A program made the position numbers and the translations under genes. Shown piece after piece: positions 11,229 to 23,390 of a DNA stretch of 64,000 bases. Within the stretch, counting starts at the first letter, position 1. Each line of letters begins with the position of its first letter. The notes beneath the pieces were generated by a model. The model searched no databases. It was given only the letters and a program-made list of their open reading frames with translations, and was not told the origin of the DNA. Origin of the DNA: Hyaloraphidium curvatum SAG 235-1 (lineage: Eukaryota; Fungi; Monoblepharomycota); assembly GCA_025558095.1 (NCBI GenBank), contig JAIVFI010000021.1:310001-374000 (forward strand). Reading direction: 5' to 3'.

Positions 11229-13435
11229 TCAAGCGCGCCTCTGGCGCTTCCTAAACGATTCTGCGTCGCCGCGATCGGAGCTCCGTCGGCGGCCATCGTC
11301 GCGACTGCGTGCCCGAGGGCTGGGGCTGCGATTGCGGTCCGCATGCCTGCTACGGGATCGATCCTGGCCAAAGCCTCTGTCCCGACTGCGATCCCGCAGT
11401 CCGCGATAATCCCTGCTCTCGCCCCGCGGAGACCGTTCGCCCCGGGGAGTGCTCTCGCGCCGCGACCGCCTCGCCTGGCCCCGGCTGCGAGACGACTCGG
11501 ATCGGGAGTCCTCTGAGCTGTCGCTGGTGGAGCTCTCGCTGTCCGAATCGCTGTCCGAGTCGCTATCCGAATCGCTGGAATCATCCGAGCCCTCAATCTC
11601 CCTCTTCTGCTGGAGGATGAGCTTGGGCGCATTCCGCAGGTGCTCGCGCAGCTCGTCCGTCAGCCCTCCAAGACCGATGGAAGTAAAGTAGTTGATGGCG
11701 AATCGCGTGTCGCGCGGGTTCTCCTTCGGAAACAGGCCGTCAAACACACCGCGCGTGACGGTTCCGGTCGGCGTTTCGACCGCGATGACCATGTACGGGT
11801 CCTTGAGCCTCTCGTTCAGCTTCTGCAGGCCCAGAGCTTCCGCAAGCTCCTGGAACAGGATCTTGATGAAAATGCGCGAGGATGACGTGGTCGTCTGCTC
11901 CGTGAGCGTGATGAGGGACAGCACCTGCCACGACAGCGCGTCCGAGGCGAGCAGATGGGCGTAGTACTTCGCGACGTTGCGCAGACGGTTCGTTTCGAAC
12001 CGGTGGATCGTCTTGAAGGTCTCCTCGAAGTTGCTGGCGAAGCACTCTGCCCAGGTCCGGTTGATCTTGCAGAAGCGCTCCCCGAGCAGTCCGTAAAAGT
12101 TGACGTAGGTCCTCTCCTGCGTGCAGCACTCGACGATCATGTTTGCCAGCTCAATCTCCTGGCCCTCGGGAATGTTCAGCTTGAGGAGTTTGTGCGCGCA
12201 CTCCTCGAAGTTGAGCGACGACATGATGGTGAGGTAGATGACGCGCCGCAGCTCAACCACATCCCGGTTCGTCTTGTCCTGGATGGCTATTGCCTGCTGC
12301 GCCCGTTCGAGGCTCGCGGGTTGCTCATCGTCGTCGTCCGCGTCCTCGTCCGCGTCCTCGTCCCCGCCTTCTTCGTCGCTGCCCTCGTCATCCTCGTCGT
12401 CCCCGAGGATCTCCCTCTTGATCTCCTCGTATTTCCGCTCGTTCTCCAGAAAGTCCGTGTCAAACTGGAAGACGTTCAGCTTCTCCATCGGGTCCAGGCT
12501 TTCCTCGTCCAGGCTCAGGTAGTGCGTGATTTGGTCGTCCTCCTCCACCAGGTCCAGCTCCTCGGTGACGCTCGGATTGTCCTTGTACCGATCCTTTCGC
12601 ACCTGGAACAGCACCTCCACCATGTACTGCGTGCGCTTGTCGATCTGGCCTTCGTGGAGGATCGCGCGGAAGCGCTCGTAGATGGCGTTGTTTGCTTTTG
12701 GCGAAACATCCCCGAGCAGAGCGCCGACTTCGCGCATGAATCCGACTGCGACCTCGACCGAATCGTCCGTCGGCTTCTCCAGCAGCAGCGTGAGGATCTG
12801 CAGCGCGATGATCTCGTGTGCGACCTTCTGGTTGACCAGGTGCGCGAGGAACTTGACCACGGCGAGACAGACGGTCTTGTCGTTCCTCTTGTAGGCGCGC
12901 CGCAGCTGAACAATGAGGCGGCTGAGGAGGAGCTCCCCGATTTGCGGGAACTTTGTATTTACGACCGCAATCACCGCCGCGTAGACTGCACGTGAGGGGT
13001 TCGTTAGGGCTCGGCAACGCGGTCCGGATCGCGGCACGTCACCTGCAGAAAAGGTCGGCGACGCCGCCTGTGCCTTCATGATGCTGCGGCAAAGGAGTCC
13101 CCTGCCCCTGATCAGATTCTCGGCGAAAAGCTCGGGGACGATGTTCTTGATGTTGGAAGAGTTGGCCTTGTTGATGAGGCCGTTTATGCTCTTCTTCAGC
13201 GCCTCCCACGACATCCGCTGGTACGCCTCCGAAGATTTGTCGGTAATGGCCTGCTGCATGGCACGCAGCTTGGCCGGAGGAATGTACGCCCCGCCCGCGC
13301 GCCCGAGCACGCCGGCCTGGCCCATTTTGTCCCCGCTGGGGGCCAGCGTCGCCACGGGGCTGCTGCGGATCCCGGAGCAAGATGTAACGTCAGGAAATAG
13401 AGGACACGGCTGGGCGAGACCCACTTGCTGTCCAT
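11229..13435 (-). CDS. CWC22: Pre-mRNA splicing factor Cwc22 (MIF4G + MA3, RS-like tail)
   Basis: [76 protein letters not shown]. Likely start is ATG 13435 followed by a short intron. Confidence 0.95.
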
Positions 13436-13532
13436 TGCCGGTAGCTGCGCACTGCGAAAACAATGCGCGACGACGTACGCGGCCTCTAATCTCAGAGCGG
13501 GCTCCTACTACTGTCGCCGCTTCGCACCAATA

Positions 13533-16334
13533 ATGTCCCGCCCTAAGAGTTCGGGAAAGAGGAAGCGGGCGCGGGACGGGAGCGATGATGACGAGGTTTA
13601 CGAGGTGGAGACGCCGAAAGGTGGCTCTGCGCCGCTCGCGTGCATCGGCGTCGGACCTCGTCTGAGTGTGATCTGCTTCTCCCCCCGTTGCCAACGCAAC
13701 GTTTGGAGGCCGGGACGCGGTTCCGTTGCCGCGGCGGGCCAAGATGCGTGTCGAAGAGCTGGAGCCGCCGGTACAGCACAAGGACGTCGTCGTGGACGCC
13801 GCCACGCTGCTGTTCTCGGGCGATGCCGGGGCCGTGGACTACACCTACCTACCGCTCAAGGCCGACAGCGAAAGCCGGCCGCTTTGGGTCTGCGAGGATG
13901 GCAAGATCATCCTGGAGGCCTTCTCCCCGATCGCCAGCCAGGCCGAGGACTTTCTCGTGGCGATTTCGGAGCCCGTCACCCGGCCCCAGCATGTCCACGA
14001 GTACAAAATGACGCCCTACTCGCTGTACGCGGCCGTGTCGGTCGGATTGGAGACGCAGGACATCATCTCCACCCTGAATCGGCTGTCGAAAGTCCCCATC
14101 CCCGAAAACATCGTGCGCTTCATCGAGGAGTGCACCACCTCCTTCGGCAAAGTGAAGCTTGTTTTGAAGCACAACCGGTACTTCATTGAGAGCCAGCATG
14201 CGGATGTTTTGCGGATGCTCTTGCGGGATGAGATCATAGGGGCTGCCAGGGTGGTCAGCGGAGGCGATGATCGCTCGACCGTCCTGACCATCAGCAAAGC
14301 ACCGACCGGCAAAGATTTGCAAATCGCCGGGATCCGGCAACCAAACCAGGAGAAACAACCCGCACCGGCAGCAGCGGCGGTTGACGTGGCCCCTGATCCT
14401 GGGGCCGGGTCGGAGGGGGAGGGCAGCGAAAGAGCGGACCGTCTCATTGCGGAGAAGGCGGTCGATGTCGATCGAGGTGGGTCCGTCCGGCTCGTAGCGC
14501 TGTCGGCGCCGATCTCATGTCGTGCTGGCGCCGGCAGACGACGACGTGGCTTTGGACGAGGATGTCGTCCATTCGTTCGAGATCCACCGGGATCGCTTGG
14601 AAGCGGTTCGGCAGCGGTGCAACGAGCTCGACTACCCGCTCCAGGAGGAGTACGATTTCCGCAACGATACCGTGAACCCGAACTTGGAGATCGACCTGAA
14701 GCCGACCACTCTCATTCGGCCGTACCAGGAAAAGTCGCTGAGCAAAACGTTCGGCAACGGGAGGGCCAGATCCGGTATCATAGTGCTCCCGTGCGGCAGT
14801 GGGAAGACGTTGGTGGGCATCACCGCGGCCTGCACAATCAAGAAAAGCACGCTGGTCTTGTGCACGTCGGCCGTGTCCGTGGAGCAGTGGGCGCGGGAGT
14901 TCCGGCAGTGGTCGACGCTCAGGGAGAACCAGATTGCCAAGTTCACGTCCGACACCAAGGAGAAGTTCACGGGCGATGCCGGCGTCGTCATTTCAACCTA
15001 CACCATGGTCACGCATTCCGGAAAGCGTGCTTACGACACGAAGAAGATGATGGACTTTCTCGAGAGCCGCGAATGGGGCTTTTTGCTGCTGGATGAAGTG
15101 CACGTCGTGCCTGCCAACGTTTTCCGGAAGGTCCTCACGACCGTGTCGTCGCACTGCAAGCTCGGGCTCACGGCCACACTGGTGCGCGAGGACGACAAGA
15201 TCGACGATCTCAACTTCCTGATCGGGCCGAAGCTTTACGAGGCCAACTGGATGGACTTGGCCTCCAAAGGCCACATTGCCAACGTGCAGTGTGCGGAAGT
15301 GTGGTGCCCCATGACGGCCGCGTTTTACAAGGCGTACCTGGGCGAGCAATCGAGGTGAGCGGTCTCGTGGTGTCGGGGGAGCTGTGGTGACGGCGATTAT
15401 CCGTTGGACAGGAAACGGAGGCTTCTGTGCGTGATGAACCCGAGGAAGTTCCAGATATGCCAGTACTTGATTCACTACCACGAATCCCGCGGCGACAAGA
15501 TCATCGTCTTTTCGGACAACGTCTACGCGCTGCAGAGCTACGCAACGAAGCTGAAAAAGCCCTTTATCCACGGCGCAACGTCGCAGCAGGAGCGCCTGCG
15601 GGTCCTCCAGCAGTTCCAGCACAACCCCGTCATGAACACTCTCTTCCTGTCCAAAGTCGGCGATACATCCATAGATTTGCCCGAGGCCACGTGCCTCATC
15701 CAGATTTCGTCGCACTTTGGCAGCCGTCGCCAGGAAGCCCAGCGCTTGGGACGCATCCTGAGGGCAAAACGTCGGAACGACGAGGGCTTCAACGCCTTTT
15801 TCTACACGCTCGTGAGCAAGGATACGGAGGAAATGTACTACTCTACCAAGAGGCAGCAGTTCTTGATCGACCAGGGCTACTCTTTCAAGGTGCATTGGGC
15901 GGGCTCCGCTGCAAAAGCACGGTCGGTCTGACTCCTCTGCCCGCAGGTCATCACAAATCTCGAAGGCATGGATGCGACGCCGAACCTCGTCTACAACGAC
16001 CTCAACTCGCAGCTGGATCTTCTCACCGACGTCATGGCCCAGGGGCTGCAAACGGCCGAGGAGGAGGACTTGGACGGCGGGGACGACATCTCCGAGTTCC
16101 GCAAGAGGCCGGACAAGGGCTTTGCCGTGACGAAGCTCGCCACGAGCATGAAGTCGCTCAGTGGCGCGGACAATATGGTGCGGAGCTTTGGAGTGGCCCG
16201 TCCTGCGCGAGATTGGCTGACGTGTTCCCATGACGTGTTCCCAGGCGTACCTCGAGTACAGCAAATCGAGCGCCGTCGTGAAGCGCAAATCACACAACCC
16301 TCTATACCGGGCCGCCTTTCGCGGAAGGAAATAG
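13533..16334 (+). CDS. SSL2: TFIIH helicase Ssl2/XPB (ERCC3), multi-exon
   Basis: [79 protein letters not shown]. Confidence 0.96.
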
Positions 16335-16474
16335 AGGAGGTGCCCGCGTGTCGGCGCGTCCGCAACGACGTTGCCCCCGAAGAGATCGAAGCCCTGAACG
16401 GGCCGGGCGCACCATGGAAGCGCTTCTGCTCCATCCAGTCACCGATGCCATTTCAGTCCTGTTGTCCATTGCCT

Positions 16475-16788
16475 TCACTTTTTGGTGCCCTGGCCAAGGA
16501 AGGTTACCACAGCTAGCAACGGAAATGGACCGTGCCACGCACTTTGAATATTGCCGGCTTCTTCGTCGCCGCGAACTCGCCCAGCTTCCGGCCGACCATG
16601 TCCTCCGAAACCGTCAGCGGAATGTAGTTCTTTCCGTTGTGCACCAGGAACTTCTTGCCCACGAAGGCGGGCAGGATGGTGCACGATCGCGCGTCCGTCT
16701 TTATCGGCTCCACCGCAGCCCGAGCGAGCTGCTGTGGCGAGAACGCCACGAAAAAGGGTCCTTTCCAGACTGCACGCCGGCCAACCAT
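16475..16788 (-). CDS. RSM19: Mitochondrial ribosomal protein uS19m
   Basis: RAVWKGPF...[47 protein letters not shown]; short last exon GTKK*. Confidence 0.88.
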
Positions 16789-17098
16789 CGAGGGAAGAAG
16801 GTTCTCCGGCGAGTGTCTCCGGCGCAACCAGGCACGTGCCGACCCGAGAGCGCGATCAGAATCTCGCGCCCGCCGATTCTCGGGCAGATATGGAAGCGCC
16901 ACGAAGGCAGAACTCGGGAACTCGGGATCAGGCGGAGCTAGAGGCGTGTTCAAGGTATGTTTGTTTCAATCACTGGCGCCGTCTGCGTCGGTCTTCACGC
17001 TGCGCCTTTGGGCCAAGCGCGCGCTCTTTCCTCTTGCGGATCCGTGGCACCGGATACAACGCGATATCCCCCAAAAGCTCAGATGGCAACTTGAGACC

Positions 17099-20000
17099 AT
17101 GTCCGCTGGATCGGGAGGGGACGCGGCTCTGTCAAAGGGAAACGCGGGTGTGAACATGGATTTCGACTCGGCCGTGGACATGGAGCTGGATAACGTCGAG
17201 TTCTTTGAGATTCCGACGCCGTGGAGCACGCTCAAGGCCGGGCTCGCCGGCACTCCTCAACCGGTGGTCGCGAGGAGCACGGCCGCCGACTACTTTGACC
17301 GGCCTTCCGCGAAGCTCGTCGAGGACCGCGAGCTGAGCTACGTGATCCAAGTTTCCGACTCGGAAGACGAAGAACGTTCCGATCAGGCCTCGGAAGCGCC
17401 TTCGGCTGCGGCGACGGAAGCCTCGAGGTCGATGCCAGCAAAGGACGATGCCGCCTCTCGCCTCTCCAAGAAGAGAATCATTGAAATGGAGAAGAGACTC
17501 TTGGAGCAGAAAAGACTGGCGACGCTGAGCCTGCTCAACCTGGAGACCATGAAGCGGCAACGATCGCAGAAGGACGGGCAGAACGCGCGCAAGGAACCAG
17601 GACCCGTAGCGGCCGCGGGAAGTGCGCCAACGATCCGGAAGACTGCAGCTGGGAAGGGCAGTTCCGGTTCGAATTCCGGTGCCAAGCCCAAGATCGACAA
17701 ACGGACGGATGCTGCTGCTAGGATGTCTGCTTTGCGTGCGGAACTGGAAGCGGCCGACAACGCCGGACGTGAGCTCCAGAGCCTTTTGGCCTCTCTCAGG
17801 AAGCAAGTACTCGACTGCGAGGAAGCAATGAGGCAGCAGCGGGCGTGGAAAGAGGAAATCGCCCAGCTTCTCGCATCGCTGGATCAGCCTGCATTGCCAC
17901 GAGAGCCTCCAACCGCTATTCAGGGGACTTCCAGGAGCGGTGGCGCTTATCCCATGAACGTCGTCCCGGTCGGTGATGACGTACGCAGTGTCAAATTCCC
18001 TACGGACACAAGGAACCAAGATCGGGCCCGTGCTCAGCCTGTTCCGCTGCTGGCGGCTTTCGATGAGGCTTTGGCGGGCGCAGCCGGCCCAAGCGCCGGT
18101 GAGAAGGAGGAAGGACAGGCATTGATGCTTCAGCCACGCCCTGCGATCGTGCATGCTGTTCCCGACAAGGTTGACATTGAAGCGTTACGGGGCTTGGGCC
18201 TCGAGTTGAGCTTTGAGAATGTGCAAGACTCCCGATCCCCTGTTGTGAGCCAAGGCCGGGCTCGTTTCATCAATTCTTCTAACCGGGACAGGCCCTGCCC
18301 AACAAACAGGCTGATTTGATTAACCGATTTGCACCTTACGACCCGATCAGACCACCGTCAGCGAGGGCCGCTGCGCTATGGAAGATGGATCCGTTCCGGG
18401 CATGGTGCCCTTTTGAACAAGGAGGGACTTGCAGGGACACCTCCTGCAAGTTTCAGCACCAGAGAGACATTGCAGCTTCTGGTTGGAACGATGGTGCTCG
18501 CCCTATTGAGTTCGCCTGACCGTTGATTGATTTCAGATGACGCCGCACTGTTGGAGCATTTTCGACATCTAGAGGAGCGGATGCCTCCGCTGTCCCTTTC
18601 CGAAGTGCGGCACGAGCTGCACGGGCTGCGTGCGCGCAACTCGACCCCGCAGGCGATCGCTCGGATATTGCGACAAAGGATGCGACCCTGGGCGCAAGCT
18701 TCAGGAGTGTCAGCAACGGCTGCGGAGACCTTTTCGAGTCATGCCAAATCGTACCTCCTCTCAAGCCTCCAAAGCACCGGGACAAAGTCGCGCAGGAATG
18801 CCCGCTACTTCGAGGTTCGTCGACAGCGCTCCAGGCAACATGATCTCTCATGCCGAATACCAGAGTCGGCAGGATTCCGAGGAGTTTTTCGAGCAGGAGC
18901 TCGCCCGCAATCCGACAGACGAAGGCGCGTGGGTCGAATACGCGCTGAGCAAGATGCAATCAGCCGCAGTACCGGGCGACGCCGGCAGCGATCCTTCCAT
19001 GCCAATTGCCGCCACGCTCCACGTGCTAGCTCGAGCCCTTGAGAACGTCCCAGGATCCGAGGTCCTCTGGCTGCATTACGTCGAGCTCTACACCAGAGTT
19101 GCTGCCGAAGAGGACATAAGGGCTGTCTTCGAATACGCGAGGCCTTTTGTGGAGTCTTCTATGAAGATGTTGGTCATGAATCTTCGTTGGGAGCGTTCGG
19201 AACCGGCTGCAAGAACCCTGCTCGACGCTCTTTGGAACCTTTTGGCGCGCCAGTCTACCGCTGGTCGGTGGCCATGGCGCAATCGCGGGTTCTCTGTTCT
19301 GATTCCGCGTTCAAGATACCCGTTGGCGGTCGCAAGTGCTCGTGGACATCGTTCTGTGGGAACTTCGGTGCGGCAATCTGCACGCTTCGGAGGAGCTGGC
19401 ATCTCACCCTCCTCTGCGGCTGCAGACAACCGTTCGATCAACGCTTAGGCAACGTACTGCGACGCGTGTGGTCTCGACTGATGGCGCTGCTGCACCGCCC
19501 CAAGCGGGAGAACGGTGACGACGATGTTTTGCGAGGAGAAGGGCGGGAGTTTGACAAAGGGGCATTGTGCACTGAGGGCGATTTCGCCTTTCTCTTGCAG
19601 GTTTTCATGCACTGCCTGCTGTACCACAGCGCCCCCGAGGACCTTTTCTGCGACGCGCCAAGCAGCTTTGTTGCGACGCGGCAACCCATCCTCTTTGACC
19701 CCGTCGACGCCGATTATCTTCTTGGTGCATCTGGAACCGTTGAACCGTACTTGAGCGACATTGCGCAAGTTCTGTCCGACTGGAGCGCGTTGTCGTTGCA
19801 CCGATCCGAAGACTGTTCAAAGCTCGAATCTCGTCACCTCCTCTTCCTCGCCTTGAATGCGAAGCGTTTGATGGACGGGATGCGGAGATTGGATCTGATC
19901 GATAGCGTTCGGAGCTTTTCCTCCCATCTGCGCGACCGCAAGCTGGCATTCTCGGTGGATCTCGCAAAGGTAGGGTGTTGATTGCAGACGCCAATATTCT

Positions 20001-20169
20001 GGAACTGCGCCAAACCAACGCACAAATCCAGGACCCTCAGGTTTTCTTTAGGCACCGACAGCCACATCCGTACAACTTCTTGGACAGCACTCCTCTGGCG
20101 AGCTTCGTCTCTCTGTCTTTTCTATCCGCCGATCGTCCAACCGCCGAAACCTCCTCAGTCGACGATTAG
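17099..20169 (+). CDS. ZFC3H1/Red1-like protein (coiled coil, zf-C3H1, HAT/TPR-like region); 3' exon structure tentative
   Basis: MDPFRAWCPFEQGGTCRDTSCKFQHQRD (C3H1 finger); LHVLARALENVPGSEVLWLHYVELY (HAT-like, as in metazoan ZFC3H1). Confidence 0.72.
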
Positions 20170-20218
20170 CATTGATGTACAACTCGCTCTACATCGAGCT
20201 TCCTTCCTCCCTACGATG

Positions 20219-23200
20219 CTATCCAGTCAGCATAGTCGAATCCAACCCCAGCGGGTGGAGGAAGAGGTTAACGAGCTCTAAGTCCCTGTCCGATCCGGAT
20301 CGAGCGGCCTCGAGCACCTTTTCCCTGCATGGCAATCCATCCTAAGATACAGACCCGTGGTCCTCCCGCAAACACACGTACCTGACGTCCAGCACCAGCC
20401 CGCGCTGGTGCTCGACAGTCGAAGCCCCCATCGCCATCGCCGCCAAGAACTGCCAGACGGCAGCATCATCGCCTGCCTTCGCTTCCGCCGCTCGTCCGCC
20501 GCTCGTAGCAAAAAGAGTGGCAAGGTGCCCGCCCAGGGACGAAAAGACATAATCGTATAGTTCCGTCCAGGTTTGCTGATCCGCGTTGGCCGCAGATCCG
20601 TGCTCGGATTCTCCGGATGCGGGTTGCGACTTCATCAGCGCCGCGCCCCGGGCGAGCAGCATGGTCAGCACCGCCAGTCCGACGCGCGTCTTTGCAATCG
20701 ACAGCAGCGTGTTTCGCTCCAAGTAGACCCGCAAGAGAGCGCTGATGATCCGAAGCGGTACCTCCCTGACTACCGCAACGAGCGGAGGCACACAGCACTC
20801 CATGAACATGTCGGCCTCCGGGTGCTTCGACGGGTCCTTGACGGCGTCGAGCTCGCCCATCCGCGACAACAGGATAGTGAGTACTGCCAGAGCGCGCTCG
20901 CTGGAGAGCTGGCGCATGACCCGGGGGAAAACTTTCTTGCCCTTGCCAACCGACAAGAACTGTACGAGCGGATGCGGTTCCCTAGCCGAGTTGCGCGTCA
21001 ACAGCCTGCGGACGCATTCACGCGCCAGAAGCACCCACTCCGTGCCGACATCCGCGGTGACCTCCAGCTCATCCCAAAGACGCTGTCGGATCTCGTCGTT
21101 CCGTTCCCGGAAACTGACTTCGCTTTCGCCCTCACCCGGACCCAACCTCCGCCTCTGCTCGAGGTCGAGCACGTCGGCGTAGACGTTTTCGACCCGCCTC
21201 AAGACGCCGCGAGACGAAAGAGGCCCGACAAAAGTGCGCGTCCCAACAGGGCGGTCGCTGCTGGGAGACGTTGCGCCCTCCTGTTGACAAGTCAGCAATC
21301 CCGCTGACTGGGAGCAGGGGACGGTCGCACCCTGGTTGGCAACATGGAGGTAACCTGGAGGAGCTGGCGCGGTGTTTTGGAGGAGGAAAGCGAAACCCTG
21401 CCTAGCGCATGTTCCAACGGAGCTGAAGTCGTGTGGCGGTCAAAGGGAAATGAGACTCGCGCTGCTCTTGTCAAGACGAGCCATTCACCTGTCGCGGTCT
21501 TGGGCTTTGCCTGTCGTTCCTCGCGCTCCTTGATCCATTCAAGGACACGTCGCTGCATACTCTCTGTGACCTTGAAAGGTACGCCCCTTTTGCCACTACC
21601 CATGAGCATCTCCTGCTGCCACGTGAGGCCCTGCTCGTTCGAGTTCTCCTTCTCGACCACGTCCGTCGCTTCCTGTTTCTTGACGAGATTGTAGATTTGG
21701 CAGTAGAAGTCCGTGTTCATGGGGTCCGGCGTGTAGAGCTGCGATAGCTGGATCCTTGCGATGAGCTCCCTGTCGTGCGTGCTCATAATGTACCGGTAAC
21801 GCTCCTGAAACGCAGGCGTGAGTTGCGCCCGAGCACGACCGAACCTCCTACTCACATCGCGCCTCCGTCTCTCCCAGTCCCGTCGTTCCTCCTCGCTCGC
21901 AAAGTGCTCGGGTCTGTCCGGCGCCCTCGGTCCCAAGTCGTTTCGGTGGTCCCTTTGTCCGTACGGCGGCATTGGCCGCATTCCCGACATGGGTTGCAGA
22001 AAGCGATCCGGCCTGTTGTCGAACCCTTGGCGCGGCCCTCCTCCCCCTCCGCCGAAACCGAAGCTCATCTTCTGAGGTGGCCTTGGCATTATCTGCACCT
22101 CTCCCGGGCGCATCATCGGTCGCATCTCCCCCATCGATGGTGCGGCAGGCCTCCCAGCTTGAGCCATTCCTGGTCGGGCCTCGCTGGGCGCGGGCCGAGC
22201 ATTTGCAGCCAGTTCCAAGCGGGCCTGCTCTTGCTGCCGCAACGTCATGTCCGCTAGAGAACGCTGCATCATCTCCTTGGCGTACTCAGCCTCCTGCTGC
22301 GCGGCCCGGGCACGGTTGGCGAGATCCTGATCCACTTGGGCAAGCCTGGCCGCTTCGATCTGCCTCTGGACTTGCTGTTGCCGCATGGCGGCTTCGATCT
22401 GTTCCAGTGACATGACGGGCCCCATAGGCCCACCGGGCATGGGCCCGGTGGGGCCTAGTCCCATGCCCGGTGGGGGGCCTAACGTCGGGTAGAAGCCGGC
22501 GGGCATGACAGGAGGTCGCATCGCGACTCCCTGTGGCATTGGAGGGCGGGCAAGGAGTTGGGCTTCGACCTCAGCAGCCGAAAGCATTCGCGGCGCCTGA
22601 GAAACTCCGTGAAAGCTCGGGCCACTCTGCAGGAAGGGCCAGGGTGAGGCACGCGACGCAAGACGATATGAGCGCGGTGATCCACCTGCATCCTAGGCTC
22701 CGGTCCCCTCGCCGCATACTGGCTCGTATCGCGACCACGGTTATCGTCCCAAAGTGCCTTGATCGTGTTCTCGCGCGGCAAGGGCGATACCGATGTTCTG
22801 CCACTGAAGGCTCCGGGGCCGGCGGCTGCCGGCACGGGGGTTTCCCGTTGAACTTTGCGGTCGAATGTCTCATTTGCGGCCACGAAATCGAAATCCTTGC
22901 CTGGACTCGCCCGTCACTCTTGGAACCGCGCGGCGCGTTCGAGTCCAACGCACCGACTTTGGGGGCCGCCTCTGGCTTCCGCGACCAATCATCGCGGCCG
23001 CCAGAGGTGTCGGCCAATGTAGTTTCTCCGAAAGTGTCCGCGTTTGCAGCGTCCGCCTCCTGCTCCGTCTCGAGGAAATCCTGAACCTCTTCGTCTTCTC
23101 CACCAAAGCCCAGCTCGTCCTCGTACTCATAAGGTCCGAGCGAAGGTCCCTCGCGGAAAGCGTCATCGCCCGAAAGGCGCTCGCCCTTCGGCAACGCCGT

Positions 23201-23221
23201 GTCGAACCCGAAGAAGGACAT
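20219..23221 (-). CDS. PAT1: mRNA decapping activator Pat1, multi-exon
   Basis: MSFFGFDT, NADTFG, IMSTHDRELIARIQLSQL...DFYCQI, LEHALGRVS...KTPRQLLQV, HPLVQFLSVGKGKK, C-terminal VNLFLHPLGLD. Confidence 0.92.
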
Positions 23222-23390
23222 TGAAACACGGTCACGCACCGCGGCGGTCGCGGTTGGTGATCACCCCATCACCCTTCTTTGCGTAAGACAGTCTCTATTG
23301 TCATTCCGAAAGCAGGATGTCCAGATCATGAGTAACAATCCAATGAGGCGTACCGGGTTCGCGCCCGATCGCCAAGTGCTCAATGCTGGC

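Noticed and set aside
11955-12995. Long antisense ORFs (also 14993-16297, 17132-18154, 24285-25421, 30296-31519, 48680-49426, 49703-51007)
   Set aside because: Shadow ORFs opposite GC3-rich genuine genes; no recognisable motifs.
16637-17098. N-terminal extension of the 560-aa ORF
   Set aside because: It overlaps RSM19 antisense and the shared promoter; ATG 17099 is more plausible.
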